Source: Planctomycetota bacterium
Lineage (GTDB): Bacteria > Planctomycetota > UBA1135 > UBA2386
Length of the DNA: 64,000 nucleotides
Direction: 5' to 3'
Assembly (NCBI GenBank): GCA_046290465.1
Contig: JBKAGP010000001.1
Coordinates: 3,008,001-3,072,000 of the forward strand
Shown here one piece after another: positions 35,036 through 43,487 of this stretch (the stretch's first letter is position 1; every line of letters starts with the position of its first letter). The position numbers were made by a program, and so were the translations under genes. The notes below the pieces were generated by a model that was not told the DNA's origin, searched no databases, and saw only the letters and a list, made by a program, of their open reading frames with translations.

Positions 35036-35372
35036 GCGACCTGGATGGGGTCGAGACACGGTGCGGGAATCCGAGGTCCACGAGTGGTCCACCGACTGCC
35101 ACCACGTCGAATCGGAAGGGGCTCCTGCCCGCTCCTGCGCCGCCTTTCGGTGCAGGCCCCGCGGAAACCGATGCGACCGGGCCATGCTGCATCCGCGATC
35201 GCGTCAGGCCGACACGACCCGAGCAACGGACCCGATCACACGGACAGGGGACGGGCATCGCGATCTTTGGACCTTCGCTCGCGAGAGCAGCGCGCCGACT
35301 CCCGCGCGGGCCAGAACCAACCGACCAGCCCCTCACCCCACCGCACCCCCTTGCACCCGCGCACCAGATCCC

Positions 35373-36431
35373 ATGACATGCCCCCCGCCCACCAAGACCA
35401 CCCTCACCGTCGCGCTCCTCAGCCTGCTCCCCGCCTGCGCCCTCAGCGGACCCGGCACCGTCGGCAGCGACCGCTTCGACTACGTGTCCGCCATCGCGCG
35501 TTCGCAGGACCAGCAGCTGCTGCTCAACATCGTGCGCGCGCGCTACGCCGAGTCGCCGATGGTCGTCGACGTCGGCAGCGTCGTGTCGGGCTATGAGTTC
35601 GGGGGCAAGGGTGGGGCGACGTGGGCCAACGTCGGGCTCAGTTCGGACACGCTCGAGCTCGGCGTCGAAGGGCGGTGGCTGGAGCAGCCGACCATCACCT
35701 ACAAGCCGGTCACGGGGCGGCAGTTCGATCGCGTGCTGGTGACGCCGGTGCCGCCGGGTGCGGTGCTCTACTTCATGCAGGCGGGTTGGCCGGCGCAGAT
35801 GGTGCTGCGGATGGCCGTCGACAGCGTCAACGACCACCGCAACGGAACGTTCCTCGCGGGGCGCGGGCCGGCGGGGGACGCGATCTTCGATCGCATGATC
35901 GACGTGCTGACGCAGCGGCTGCACACCGGCTCGCTCGGGCTGCGGCTCGAGCGCGACGAGGACGGTGCCTACACGACGACGATGGCGCTGCTCGACGAAC
36001 GCATCCCACCCGAGGACCGACAGCAGGGGGCGCAGCTGCGGGAGAGCCTCGGCATCGCACCGGACCAGAACGCGTTTCCGATCGTCTACGGGCCGGCCGA
36101 CGGCAACCCGGCGACGATCAACGTGCTGACGCGGCCGCTGCTGCAGGTGCTCAACGAACTGTCGGCCGGCGTGCAGTTGCCCGACGACGACCGCGACCGT
36201 GCGCTCGCCGTCGACACGTCGCGCGACCAGCGGCCGCCGATCCGCATCGCCAGCGGCTCGAGCCGGCCGGGCGAGCGCGCGTTCGTGGCGGTGCAGTACC
36301 GCGGCCACTGGTTCTGGATCGACGACGACGACCTCGAGTCCAGGCAGGCGTTCGGGCTGCTGCTGGTGCTGTTCCACGTGATGGCCGGCGGCGACGCGGG
36401 GTTCGGGCCATCGCAGACGATCCCGACCTGA
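35373..36431 (+). CDS. Conserved hypothetical lipoprotein
   Basis: Lipobox 'LLPAC'; 'GP......RFDY..AI..S...Q.LLNIVR.RY...P', 'PTITYKP' and 'VQYRGHWFWIDDDD' resemble an uncharacterised family; strong GC3 bias. Confidence 0.8.
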   Translation: MTCPPPTKTTLTVALLSLLPACALSGPGTVGSDRFDYVSAIARSQDQQLLLNIVRARYAESPMVVDVGSVVSGYEFGGKGGATWANVGLSSDTLELGVEGRWLEQPTITYKPVTGRQFDRVLVTPVPPGAVLYFMQAGWPAQMVLRMAVDSVNDHRNGTFLAGRGPAGDAIFDRMIDVLTQRLHTGSLGLRLERDEDGAYTTTMALLDERIPPEDRQQGAQLRESLGIAPDQNAFPIVYGPADGNPATINVLTRPLLQVLNELSAGVQLPDDDRDRALAVDTSRDQRPPIRIASGSSRPGERAFVAVQYRGHWFWIDDDDLESRQAFGLLLVLFHVMAGGDAGFGPSQTIPT

Positions 36432-36477
36432 GGCCGATCACCGCGCCACACCGCCCCCCGGTCGCACACCTCGGGGG

Positions 36478-37785
36478 GTGCCCACACTCCGACCAACGAT
36501 CCGCTTCCACCGGGGCCTGGCCCTCGTCGACGGCTGGCCCGCGCGGCTGGCGACACCGTCCGGCGCGCACCGCGACGGCGCGCGACTCCGCGCCCCCGCA
36601 CGGCTTCGCCATCGCCTGCGCCACGCGCTCGCCCTCGCGGGTGTCCCCTATCGCGACGAGACCAACGCCGCGTCGCCGGCTGCGGCCGCGGCCGGCGGCT
36701 CGGCGCACGCGACCCCACCGGGCCTCGCCCAGGCGCTGCGAACGTCCCGGCACCGCGGCATCCTGATCGGCCAGTCCGAGACGACGTGCGCCGCCGTCGC
36801 CCGGCTGCTGACGCAGCTCACGTCGGCGCCTCCGCTGACCGTCACGCCGGACACCGCGACCGCGCACCGCTGGCAGGCGCGGCCGGATCTGCCCGACCAG
36901 GCCGAACTCGCAAGCGCGACGATCCTCACCATCCAGCGCGCCGCGCGCGACATGCACTGGCTCGGCGGCCGCCACGACACGGTGCTGGTCGACGGCCCGG
37001 AACGCATGCCGGCGACGCTGCTCGACCCGGCGCTCGACCAGTGCGCGGCGCTGGCGCGGATCGGCTTCGCAGGTTCGATGCCGGCGCGCGACGCGGAGCG
37101 CTGGTGCACGCGCATCGGACCGGTGCTCGCGGTCGCCGCTCCGCCGAGCATGCCGCACGGCGCCTCCCTGCTGGTGCCGCTGCCGCCCGAGGCGGAGCGG
37201 CACTACCACGAGGCGTGGAGCACGTTCCTCGGCGCGTTCGACCGCTTCGTCGCGGCGCGCGGCGACGCCGGCTTCGGCACGTTCCTGGCGCAGGCGCGCA
37301 AGGACCCGCTGCAGCGGCCGGCGGTGCACGCGTGGCACGAGGCGATCCGGTGCGCGGCGTGGCACGAGCACAAGGCGCTCGTCGTCGACGACCTGCTGCA
37401 CCGCCACGCCGACCGCCGCGTGCTGCTGTTCACCCCCGATCGCAACAGCGCCTACGAGCTGTCGCGACGCCACCTGATCCCGGCGCTGACCTCCGAGCTG
37501 CCGCTGCGAGAACGCGCCGCACTGCTCGACGCGTATGCCGACGGCACGGTGCGCGCGCTCGCCGGGCCCAAGCTGCTCGACAGCGGCGTCGCCGAGCGCA
37601 GCGCCGATGTCGGCATCCTGGTCGGCGGCGGCTTCGGGCCGGCACAGCGGGCCAGTCGCTGCCGGCGGGTGCGCGCCGACGGGATCGTGTTCGAACTGCT
37701 CTCCCAGGACACGCTGGAGGTCGGGCGTGCGCATCGATGGCATCACGCGGCTGCCGGCACGGCTGCTGTCGTTCACCAGCGCTGA
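36478..37785 (+). CDS. XPB/Rad25-like SF2 helicase homolog with degenerate catalytic motifs
   Basis: The C-terminal half matches the bacterial XPB partners of DUF790 ('K...DLL.RH.D.RVLLFT......YELSRRHLIPALT......ER..LL'). Motifs I, II, III and VI are degenerate. Confidence 0.8.
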   Translation: MPTLRPTIRFHRGLALVDGWPARLATPSGAHRDGARLRAPARLRHRLRHALALAGVPYRDETNAASPAAAAAGGSAHATPPGLAQALRTSRHRGILIGQSETTCAAVARLLTQLTSAPPLTVTPDTATAHRWQARPDLPDQAELASATILTIQRAARDMHWLGGRHDTVLVDGPERMPATLLDPALDQCAALARIGFAGSMPARDAERWCTRIGPVLAVAAPPSMPHGASLLVPLPPEAERHYHEAWSTFLGAFDRFVAARGDAGFGTFLAQARKDPLQRPAVHAWHEAIRCAAWHEHKALVVDDLLHRHADRRVLLFTPDRNSAYELSRRHLIPALTSELPLRERAALLDAYADGTVRALAGPKLLDSGVAERSADVGILVGGGFGPAQRASRCRRVRADGIVFELLSQDTLEVGRAHRWHHAAAGTAAVVHQR

Positions 37786-38923
37786 CGGCGAACTGGTGCC
37801 GACGTGGTTCGGCGACCGCGATCGGCCGTGGCTGCGCGACCTGCTCCACGACGCCGAGGCGCTGGCGGGGCAGCCGTTCGAAGTGTGGCGTCGACGATGG
37901 GCGCGCGGCGATCCCGACCCGCGCGCAGGCCGCACCCGGCAGCGCATCGCCGTGCACGTGCTCGCCGCGTGGCTCAAGCGCCGCTCGCGCACGCCGCCGC
38001 GGTCGGAGCTGCGACGCACGCTGTTCGAGCTGGGCGCCAGCGGCGTGCCACGCGAGGCCGCGCTCGCCGAGACCGCGAAGCGCCACGGCACGACGGTCGC
38101 GGCGCTGCAGCGGGATCTCTACCGCGACCTGCCCGACCAGCGCCCGGTCGCCTGGCCGTCGACGCCGCCCGACGCCGGCGCGTTCGCCGCCGCGATCAAC
38201 CTGGCGCTCGTGCGCGGCATGCTGCACGGCAGCGACCACGTCGCGATCACCGTGCGCGGCGGCTCGCGCGCGCTGCTGCGCACCGCGTGGCTGCTCGGCA
38301 TGAACGTGCAGGTCGACGGCCGTCGTGACGATCGCAGCCGGATCGTCTGGCCCAGCCCGGCGCCCAGCCCGACGACCAGCGCGACGACCAGCGCGGCAAC
38401 CAGCCCGTCGGCCAGCGCGGCGCGGCGCGGCCCGCTGTCGCTGGTCGCGATGCTGCCGTGGTGCCATCGCTACCGCCTGCAGGCGCGGTGCACGATCGGC
38501 GGCGCGCGCGGCCGGTTGGTCGTGAGCAGCGGCGACCCGATCCAGCCCGGCCCCGAGCCGCGGCGCTTCGACAGCAACCTCGAACGTCGCTTCGACCAGG
38601 CGTTTCGTCGCGAGTATCCGGAGTGGCGCGTGGTGCGAGAACCGTGCGCCGTGCCCACCGCGCACGGCCTGGCGTTTCCGGACTTCTCGCTGCAGGCGCC
38701 AGGGCACGAGCCGTGGCTGTGCGAGATCGCCGGCCTGCGCGATCCGCTGGCGCGCGCGGCCAAGCTGGCGCTGCTGCCGGCGTGCCCGCGGCTGGTGCTG
38801 TGCCTGCCGCGCGCGGCGATGGACGACCGGCTGCGTGCGCACCCGCGGGTCGTGCCGTTCGGGCGCAGCGTCGATGCGCGCAAGGTCGCGGAGGTGGTGC
38901 GGCGCGGCTCGCGCGAGGCGTGA
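37727..38923 (+). CDS. DUF790 (Bax1-like) endonuclease
   Basis: 'LPARLL', 'LYRDL', 'NLALVRGML', 'FDSNLERRF', 'WRVVREP', 'FPDFSL...LCEIAG'; in-frame GTG 37727 lies 6 nt after GGAGG. Confidence 0.8.
   Translation: MRIDGITRLPARLLSFTSADGELVPTWFGDRDRPWLRDLLHDAEALAGQPFEVWRRRWARGDPDPRAGRTRQRIAVHVLAAWLKRRSRTPPRSELRRTLFELGASGVPREAALAETAKRHGTTVAALQRDLYRDLPDQRPVAWPSTPPDAGAFAAAINLALVRGMLHGSDHVAITVRGGSRALLRTAWLLGMNVQVDGRRDDRSRIVWPSPAPSPTTSATTSAATSPSASAARRGPLSLVAMLPWCHRYRLQARCTIGGARGRLVVSSGDPIQPGPEPRRFDSNLERRFDQAFRREYPEWRVVREPCAVPTAHGLAFPDFSLQAPGHEPWLCEIAGLRDPLARAAKLALLPACPRLVLCLPRAAMDDRLRAHPRVVPFGRSVDARKVAEVVRRGSREA
38352..38423 (+). repeat. 12-bp tandem repeat x6 (CCAGC(C/G)CG....) inside the DUF790 gene
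   Basis: CCAGC at 38352, 38364, 38376, 38388, 38400 and 38412; encodes PSPAPSPTTSATTSAATSPSASAA. Confidence 0.8.
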
Positions 38924-39011
38924 TCGACGCGCGGACCGCCGCCGCCTGACCGGCCCGGACGCCACGACGCCGGCCCCTGCGAGGCGATCGCCCATCGGCT
39001 ACGCTCGCCGC

Positions 39012-39908
39012 GTGCCGCCCCTTCGCCGTCCACGCCGCGCTGCGCCAACCGCCGCCCCGGGCGCGTGGATCTGCGCGCTGTTTGCAGCCAGCGCCGCCTG
39101 CTCCACGTGGATCCCGGCGCACTCCCCCACGTTCGAGAGCGACGAGACCGTGCAGCGGCGGCACTACCGGGCCACCATCGCCGACGGCCGCGACGTCGAG
39201 GTGTCGTATCTGCGTTCGGGCAACGCCGAGGCCCAGCGCGTCATCTTCGTGCACGGCACCCCGGGGCAGGCGACGGCGTGGCTCGCGTTCTTGCGCGACG
39301 ATCCGCAGCAGCTCGAACACGTGGCGCTCGACCGGCCCGGCTTCGGCGCGACGCGGCCGCTGCAGGAGGTGACGTCGCTGCGGCAGCAGGCCGCGGCGAT
39401 CGAGCCGCTGCTGCAACCGCGCAACGGCCGCTGGCCGATCCTGGTCGGGCACTCTCTCGGCGGGCCGATCGTCGCGGCGGTCGCGGCCTACTACCCCGAC
39501 AAGGTCGACGGCATCGTGATCGCGGCGGGCTCGATCGATCCGGACCAGGAGGACCTCTACCTCGCGCAGTTCCTGGGCGAGGAGCCGCCGTTCGTGTGGC
39601 TGGTGCCGACGCCGCTGCGCCACGCCAACCGCGAAGTGCTCGAGCTCGAGACCGAACTGGTGATGCTCGGCCACGACCTCGACCGGATCCGCTGCCGGAC
39701 GATCATCGTGCACGGCACCGACGACGCCCTCGTGCCGTACGGCAACGTCGCCTACATGCAGGACAAGCTCGTGCGCACGGAGGAGCTGCAGCTGGTCCGG
39801 CTCGAGGGCGGCGACCACTTCCTGCCGTGGAACGCGCAGGACGTGCTGCGCGACGCGGTCGCCCGGCTGGTCGCGCAGGACCTCGGACCGACGGATCCGT
39901 TCCGCTAG
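39012..39908 (+). CDS. Alpha/beta hydrolase, probable lipoprotein
   Basis: 'FVHGTPG', 'DRPGFG', nucleophile elbow 'GHSLGG', 'HGTDDALVP', 'GDHFLPW'; 'SAAC' lipobox-like. Confidence 0.9.
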   Translation: MPPLRRPRRAAPTAAPGAWICALFAASAACSTWIPAHSPTFESDETVQRRHYRATIADGRDVEVSYLRSGNAEAQRVIFVHGTPGQATAWLAFLRDDPQQLEHVALDRPGFGATRPLQEVTSLRQQAAAIEPLLQPRNGRWPILVGHSLGGPIVAAVAAYYPDKVDGIVIAAGSIDPDQEDLYLAQFLGEEPPFVWLVPTPLRHANREVLELETELVMLGHDLDRIRCRTIIVHGTDDALVPYGNVAYMQDKLVRTEELQLVRLEGGDHFLPWNAQDVLRDAVARLVAQDLGPTDPFR

Positions 39909-40022
39909 GAGCGCGTCCATGCAGTGGACGCGCTGCCGACCGTGATCGCGGAAGCGGCGTGTACGCGTGCGGGCGGGGCTTTGCCCGCTACGAGCGCGTC
40001 CAGGTAGTGGACGCGCTCCTAG
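39905..40022. repeat. REP/REPIN-like palindromic doublet
   Basis: Two copies of the AGCGCGTCCA-N5-TGGACGCGCT hairpin; whole unit bounded by CTAGGAGCGCGTCCA / TGGACGCGCTCCTAG; central GCGGGC...GCCCGC hairpin. Confidence 0.7.
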
Positions 40023-40129
40023 CCGGGGGCCGGCGGCCGTTCACGTTGGCGACGACGCGCGGCGGGTCGGTCGCGAGGTGGCGCGCTGGTCGGAGTGGTC
40101 TGCTCCCGGAGCCAGACGATCGGAACCAA

Positions 40130-41026
40130 CTATCGGACCGTCGGGTCGTTGGGGGTTGGTTTGGTGGCGTTGGGGAAGGTCTCGGGGACGGGGGTGGTGA
40201 CCTTGCCGGTTGCGGCCCATTCGGCGCCGCGGACCAGGGTGACCTGGAAGGCGAGGCACTTCATCGCGGTGGCGTCGTGGCCGAGTGCGGTGTGGAAGCA
40301 GCGGCCCGTGCCGAAGTCGATGGCCATCAGCAGCGGTTCGTGCTCGCCGCTGCCGCCGGTCTTCTTGTCGGAGAACGCGGTGGCCAGCACGGTCAGGTTC
40401 TCGGCCGGCCCGCGCAGGCGGTCGTAGAGTTCGTCGGCGCAGTGCAGGAAGCGCGGCGGCAGGCCCTTGGTGATCGGGTGTCCGGCATCGCGCACGTCGA
40501 GCACGAACTCGTGCCGACGGCCGTGCGAGCCGCCGCGGCCGGGCCCCGTGTCGCGCACGATCTTGCCGTCGCGCCAACGCACGTAGGGTCCCGACTTCTC
40601 GTTGCGGCGCCCCCAGCCGCCGACGCCGATCATCAGGTTGTAGTCCTTCCAGTTGGGGAACGCGTTGTCGGCGGCGTGCACGGACACGAAGCCGCCGCCA
40701 CCGCGCACGAACCCGGCGAACGCCTCGCGCGCGGCCTTCGGCCACAGCTGGCCGTTGTAGTTGGAGACGACGACGTCGTAGTCGGAGAACTTCGGCGCGA
40801 ACGCCGCGATCTCCTCCTTGCGAGATGGCGAGGTCGCGACGTCGACGACGAACCGCTCGCTGTTCTCGAGCGTCGCGCGCAGCAGCGGCGTGGTCCGCCG
40901 CCAGTCGTGGTTGTTCTGGCCGTCGACGATCAGCGCCTTCAGGCGCTTTGGCGCCGCGTCCTGCGCGACCACCAGGGACGCCGCGACCAGCGCGACCGAC
41001 AACGAACGGAGCAGACGGTGCATCAT
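40130..41026 (-). CDS. ThuA (trehalose utilization)-like domain protein, secreted
   Basis: Signal peptide; '[11 protein letters not shown]', '[10 protein letters not shown]', '[10 protein letters not shown]', 'HPIT', 'DELY', '[10 protein letters not shown]'. Confidence 0.88.
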   Translation of the reverse strand: MMHRLLRSLSVALVAASLVVAQDAAPKRLKALIVDGQNNHDWRRTTPLLRATLENSERFVVDVATSPSRKEEIAAFAPKFSDYDVVVSNYNGQLWPKAAREAFAGFVRGGGGFVSVHAADNAFPNWKDYNLMIGVGGWGRRNEKSGPYVRWRDGKIVRDTGPGRGGSHGRRHEFVLDVRDAGHPITKGLPPRFLHCADELYDRLRGPAENLTVLATAFSDKKTGGSGEHEPLLMAIDFGTGRCFHTALGHDATAMKCLAFQVTLVRGAEWAATGKVTTPVPETFPNATKPTPNDPTVR

Positions 41027-41032
41027 GGGTTC

Positions 41033-42385
41033 CTACTTGCCGCCGATCGTCATCACGCCGTAGTTGGCGACCACCGCACCAAACGTGTTGGCGCCCGGAT
41101 CGAGCGCCGCACCCTGGCAGTAGATCTGGCCACCGAGCAGCTGCGGGTCGTTGGGCAGCGGCCGCGACCAGGTCGCGACGTTGCCGTTGGCCAGGAACGC
41201 ATCGATCAGCACCGGGTCGACCTGCAGGTCACAACCCGGCAAGCCGAACGCGGCCAGCGACGTCGGCAGCGGCCCGTAGAGCGCCGAGTTGGTGTCGCTG
41301 AGCCCGTAGAGCATCAGGCCGATGCCGTTGGTCGGCACCGGCGCGACGTCGACGGTGAAGGTCGAACCGATCCACGGCCGCGCGGTCGGCGTGATCGACG
41401 GCGTGCCGGCCGAGCCGGCGCAGCCGACGCCGCCGGTCGTGAACGTCGGGCTGTTGGTCACCGCGTAGCGCCACATCTCGGGCGTCGCGACGCTGCCGAA
41501 CATCAACACTTCCTCGCGCACGAAGTCGTAGGCGAGGTAGGTGTCGAAGCGCGGCGCCGGCAACGTCACCGGCGTGCGCTGCAGCCAGTCGGTGCCGTCC
41601 CACTCCCACGTGTCGGCCGGCGACACGCCGCCGAACATCACGATGCGATCGCGCACGATGTCGGTGACCATCGTGTGGTCGTAGCGCGCCGGCGGCAGCG
41701 TGGTCGGCTGCAGCTGCTGCCAGTCGGTGCCGTCGAACAGCCACGTGTCGTTGGTCTGGAAGTAGCCGCTGAACAGCAGCAGGCCGCCGGTCACCGGGTC
41801 GTAGGCCATGTCGCTGGCGCGACGAGCCGGCGGCGCGGTGACGGTCGTGATCTGCGCCCAGTCGGTGCCGTTCCACTCCCACAGGTCGTTGAGGTCGCTC
41901 GACGCAGCGCCGCCGAACATCACGACCGTGCCGCGGCTCGGCAGGTAGGCCATCGGATGCGAACGCCGCGACGGCGGGAACGTCGCCGGGATCACCTGGG
42001 TCCAGTCGAACCCGTCCCACTCCCACGTGTCACCGAGCAGACCACCGAACGTGTCGATGCCGCCGAACATGACCAGCTTCGCGCGCGCGGCGTCGTAGGC
42101 CATCGAGTGCGCGACGCGCGCCGGCGGCACGTTGGTCGGGCTCGCCTGGCTCCAGTCGCTGCCGTTCCAGATCCAGGTCTGGTCGCTGCGCACGTTGTTC
42201 TCGACCCCGCCGAACAGGACCGTCTGGTCCAGCGGCAGGAAGTAGGCCATCGAATGCGCGGTGAGCGCGGGCGGCGCGTTGTTGGGCGCCAACAGGGTCC
42301 ATTCGGTCTGCGCCGACAGCGACGCGACGACGGACGAGAAACTCAGCGCCGCTGCGAGCGGCGCGAGACGGGGGCGAGCAGGCAT
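41033..42385 (-). CDS. Secreted kelch-like beta-propeller protein with shared C-terminal domain
   Basis: Signal peptide; about six repeats 'PPAR..HSMAYD......VMFGG.....DTWEWDG.DW'; GGAG RBS. Confidence 0.88.
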   Translation of the reverse strand: MPARPRLAPLAAALSFSSVVASLSAQTEWTLLAPNNAPPALTAHSMAYFLPLDQTVLFGGVENNVRSDQTWIWNGSDWSQASPTNVPPARVAHSMAYDAARAKLVMFGGIDTFGGLLGDTWEWDGFDWTQVIPATFPPSRRSHPMAYLPSRGTVVMFGGAASSDLNDLWEWNGTDWAQITTVTAPPARRASDMAYDPVTGGLLLFSGYFQTNDTWLFDGTDWQQLQPTTLPPARYDHTMVTDIVRDRIVMFGGVSPADTWEWDGTDWLQRTPVTLPAPRFDTYLAYDFVREEVLMFGSVATPEMWRYAVTNSPTFTTGGVGCAGSAGTPSITPTARPWIGSTFTVDVAPVPTNGIGLMLYGLSDTNSALYGPLPTSLAAFGLPGCDLQVDPVLIDAFLANGNVATWSRPLPNDPQLLGGQIYCQGAALDPGANTFGAVVANYGVMTIGGK

Positions 42386-42575
42386 GGTGTTCTCCGGTTC
42401 GAGGTGGAACGTGCAATCTACCCGCGGTGGCCGCATCGCGCAGCGCGGCGCCGCGCCGACGGCGTCGCGAATCCGTGCCGGAGGGCCTCAGCCGCGCGCA
42501 TTGCCGTTGTCCATGGCGGACAGGATGCGCCAGCGGCCGCCCGGCAGCGAGCGGCCGGCGCGCGGTGGCCGGCGG

Positions 42576-43235
42576 CTACGCGCCGCCGAGCAGGCTCGCG
42601 AGCGCGGCCAGCCGTTCGGTCCACTGCTCGCGCGCGCGGTCGGCGGACGCCTTGTCGGCAAAGCCGCGGTGCTGCAGCTGCACCTGGCTCTTGCCGGGCC
42701 CCTTGGGCCAGAAGTAGACGTCGAGGCGGGTGTCGTCCCCCCAGTCGAAGCGCATCGACTTCTCGCGGGTCGCGGTGCGGATCCGGCACGTCACGTCGCC
42801 GAGCCACTGGCCTCGCCGCTTGCTGCCGAACGCGTCGTAGAGCACGTCGATCGGCACCGGCAGCGTCTTGCTCTTGTTGACGTCGTAGCCGCCGCCGCGC
42901 CGCTGGCCCTTGTCGCGCAGGCCGCGGATGCGTTCGTAGCCGACGGTGATCGTCTGGCACCACCACGGCGCCACGCCGTGCGCATCGCGCAGCCACCTGG
43001 CGATCTCCTTGTGGGTCTTGGAGGTCGACCCGGCCGCGTCCAGCACGGCGACCCATCCGCGCCAGTCGCGGTCGGTCTTGGCCTTGACGGCCTCGTCGCG
43101 CATGCCCGCCAGTTCGGCGAAGTCGCGACGGTCGTCGTTGGCGCGCACGATGTGCTTGCGCGCGGCGGTGTAGGACTCGCCGGTGCGGTCCATGCGATCG
43201 CGCACCAGGCGCTTCAAATCCTTCTGCTTTGGCAT
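42576..43235 (-). CDS. Conserved hypothetical protein (basic 'KRLVR.RM..TGESYTAAR' N-terminus + DUF4287-like + SRPBCC-like region)
   Basis: ATG 43235 with GGAG RBS; 'DEAVKAKTDRDWRGWVAVLDA', 'HKEIARWL', 'WWCQTITVGYER.RGLR'. Confidence 0.8.
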   Translation of the reverse strand: MPKQKDLKRLVRDRMDRTGESYTAARKHIVRANDDRRDFAELAGMRDEAVKAKTDRDWRGWVAVLDAAGSTSKTHKEIARWLRDAHGVAPWWCQTITVGYERIRGLRDKGQRRGGGYDVNKSKTLPVPIDVLYDAFGSKRRGQWLGDVTCRIRTATREKSMRFDWGDDTRLDVYFWPKGPGKSQVQLQHRGFADKASADRAREQWTERLAALASLLGGA

Positions 43236-43412
43236 TCTCGGTCTCCAGTCGTCGAGCGAGAACTCCGCACCCCGGCTACGAAGCCCGCGCGGAACGAACG
43301 GAGCTTCTGGATGCCCATCGAGATGGACCCGTCCGGGAGTATGCCTCCCTTTGCCTCGCGAGGATCCATGCCGGGGATGGATCGAAGAGGTTGGGCGTGG
43401 ACCGCGCCTGAG
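43236..43412 (-). ncRNA. Candidate structured 5' leader RNA (cis-regulatory), family not recognised
   Basis: Run of stems: GGCG/CGCC; CCTC/GAGG enclosing GATCCAT/ATGGATC; GGGAG/CTCCC; CCAT/ATGG; AGAAGCTCCG/CGGAG-TTCT enclosing GGCT/AGCC. It lies between a putative promoter and the RBS. Confidence 0.5.
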
Positions 43413-43418
43413 GTGCGA

Positions 43419-43447
43419 AGGATGCGCGGTGCGGGCCGTTCCGTCAA
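43419..43447 (-). promoter_or_regulatory. Putative sigma70-type promoter
   Basis: TTGACG (43447-43442), 17 nt, CATCCT (43424-43419). Confidence 0.4.
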
Positions 43448-43487
43448 GCGTCGACGCCGCCGCGCGGTCTAAGATGCCCCACCCACC

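Noticed and set aside
35076..35106. GTCCAC..GTCCAC repeat as the arm of a third island
   Set aside because: No tRNA core nearby and no match to the conserved arm blocks.
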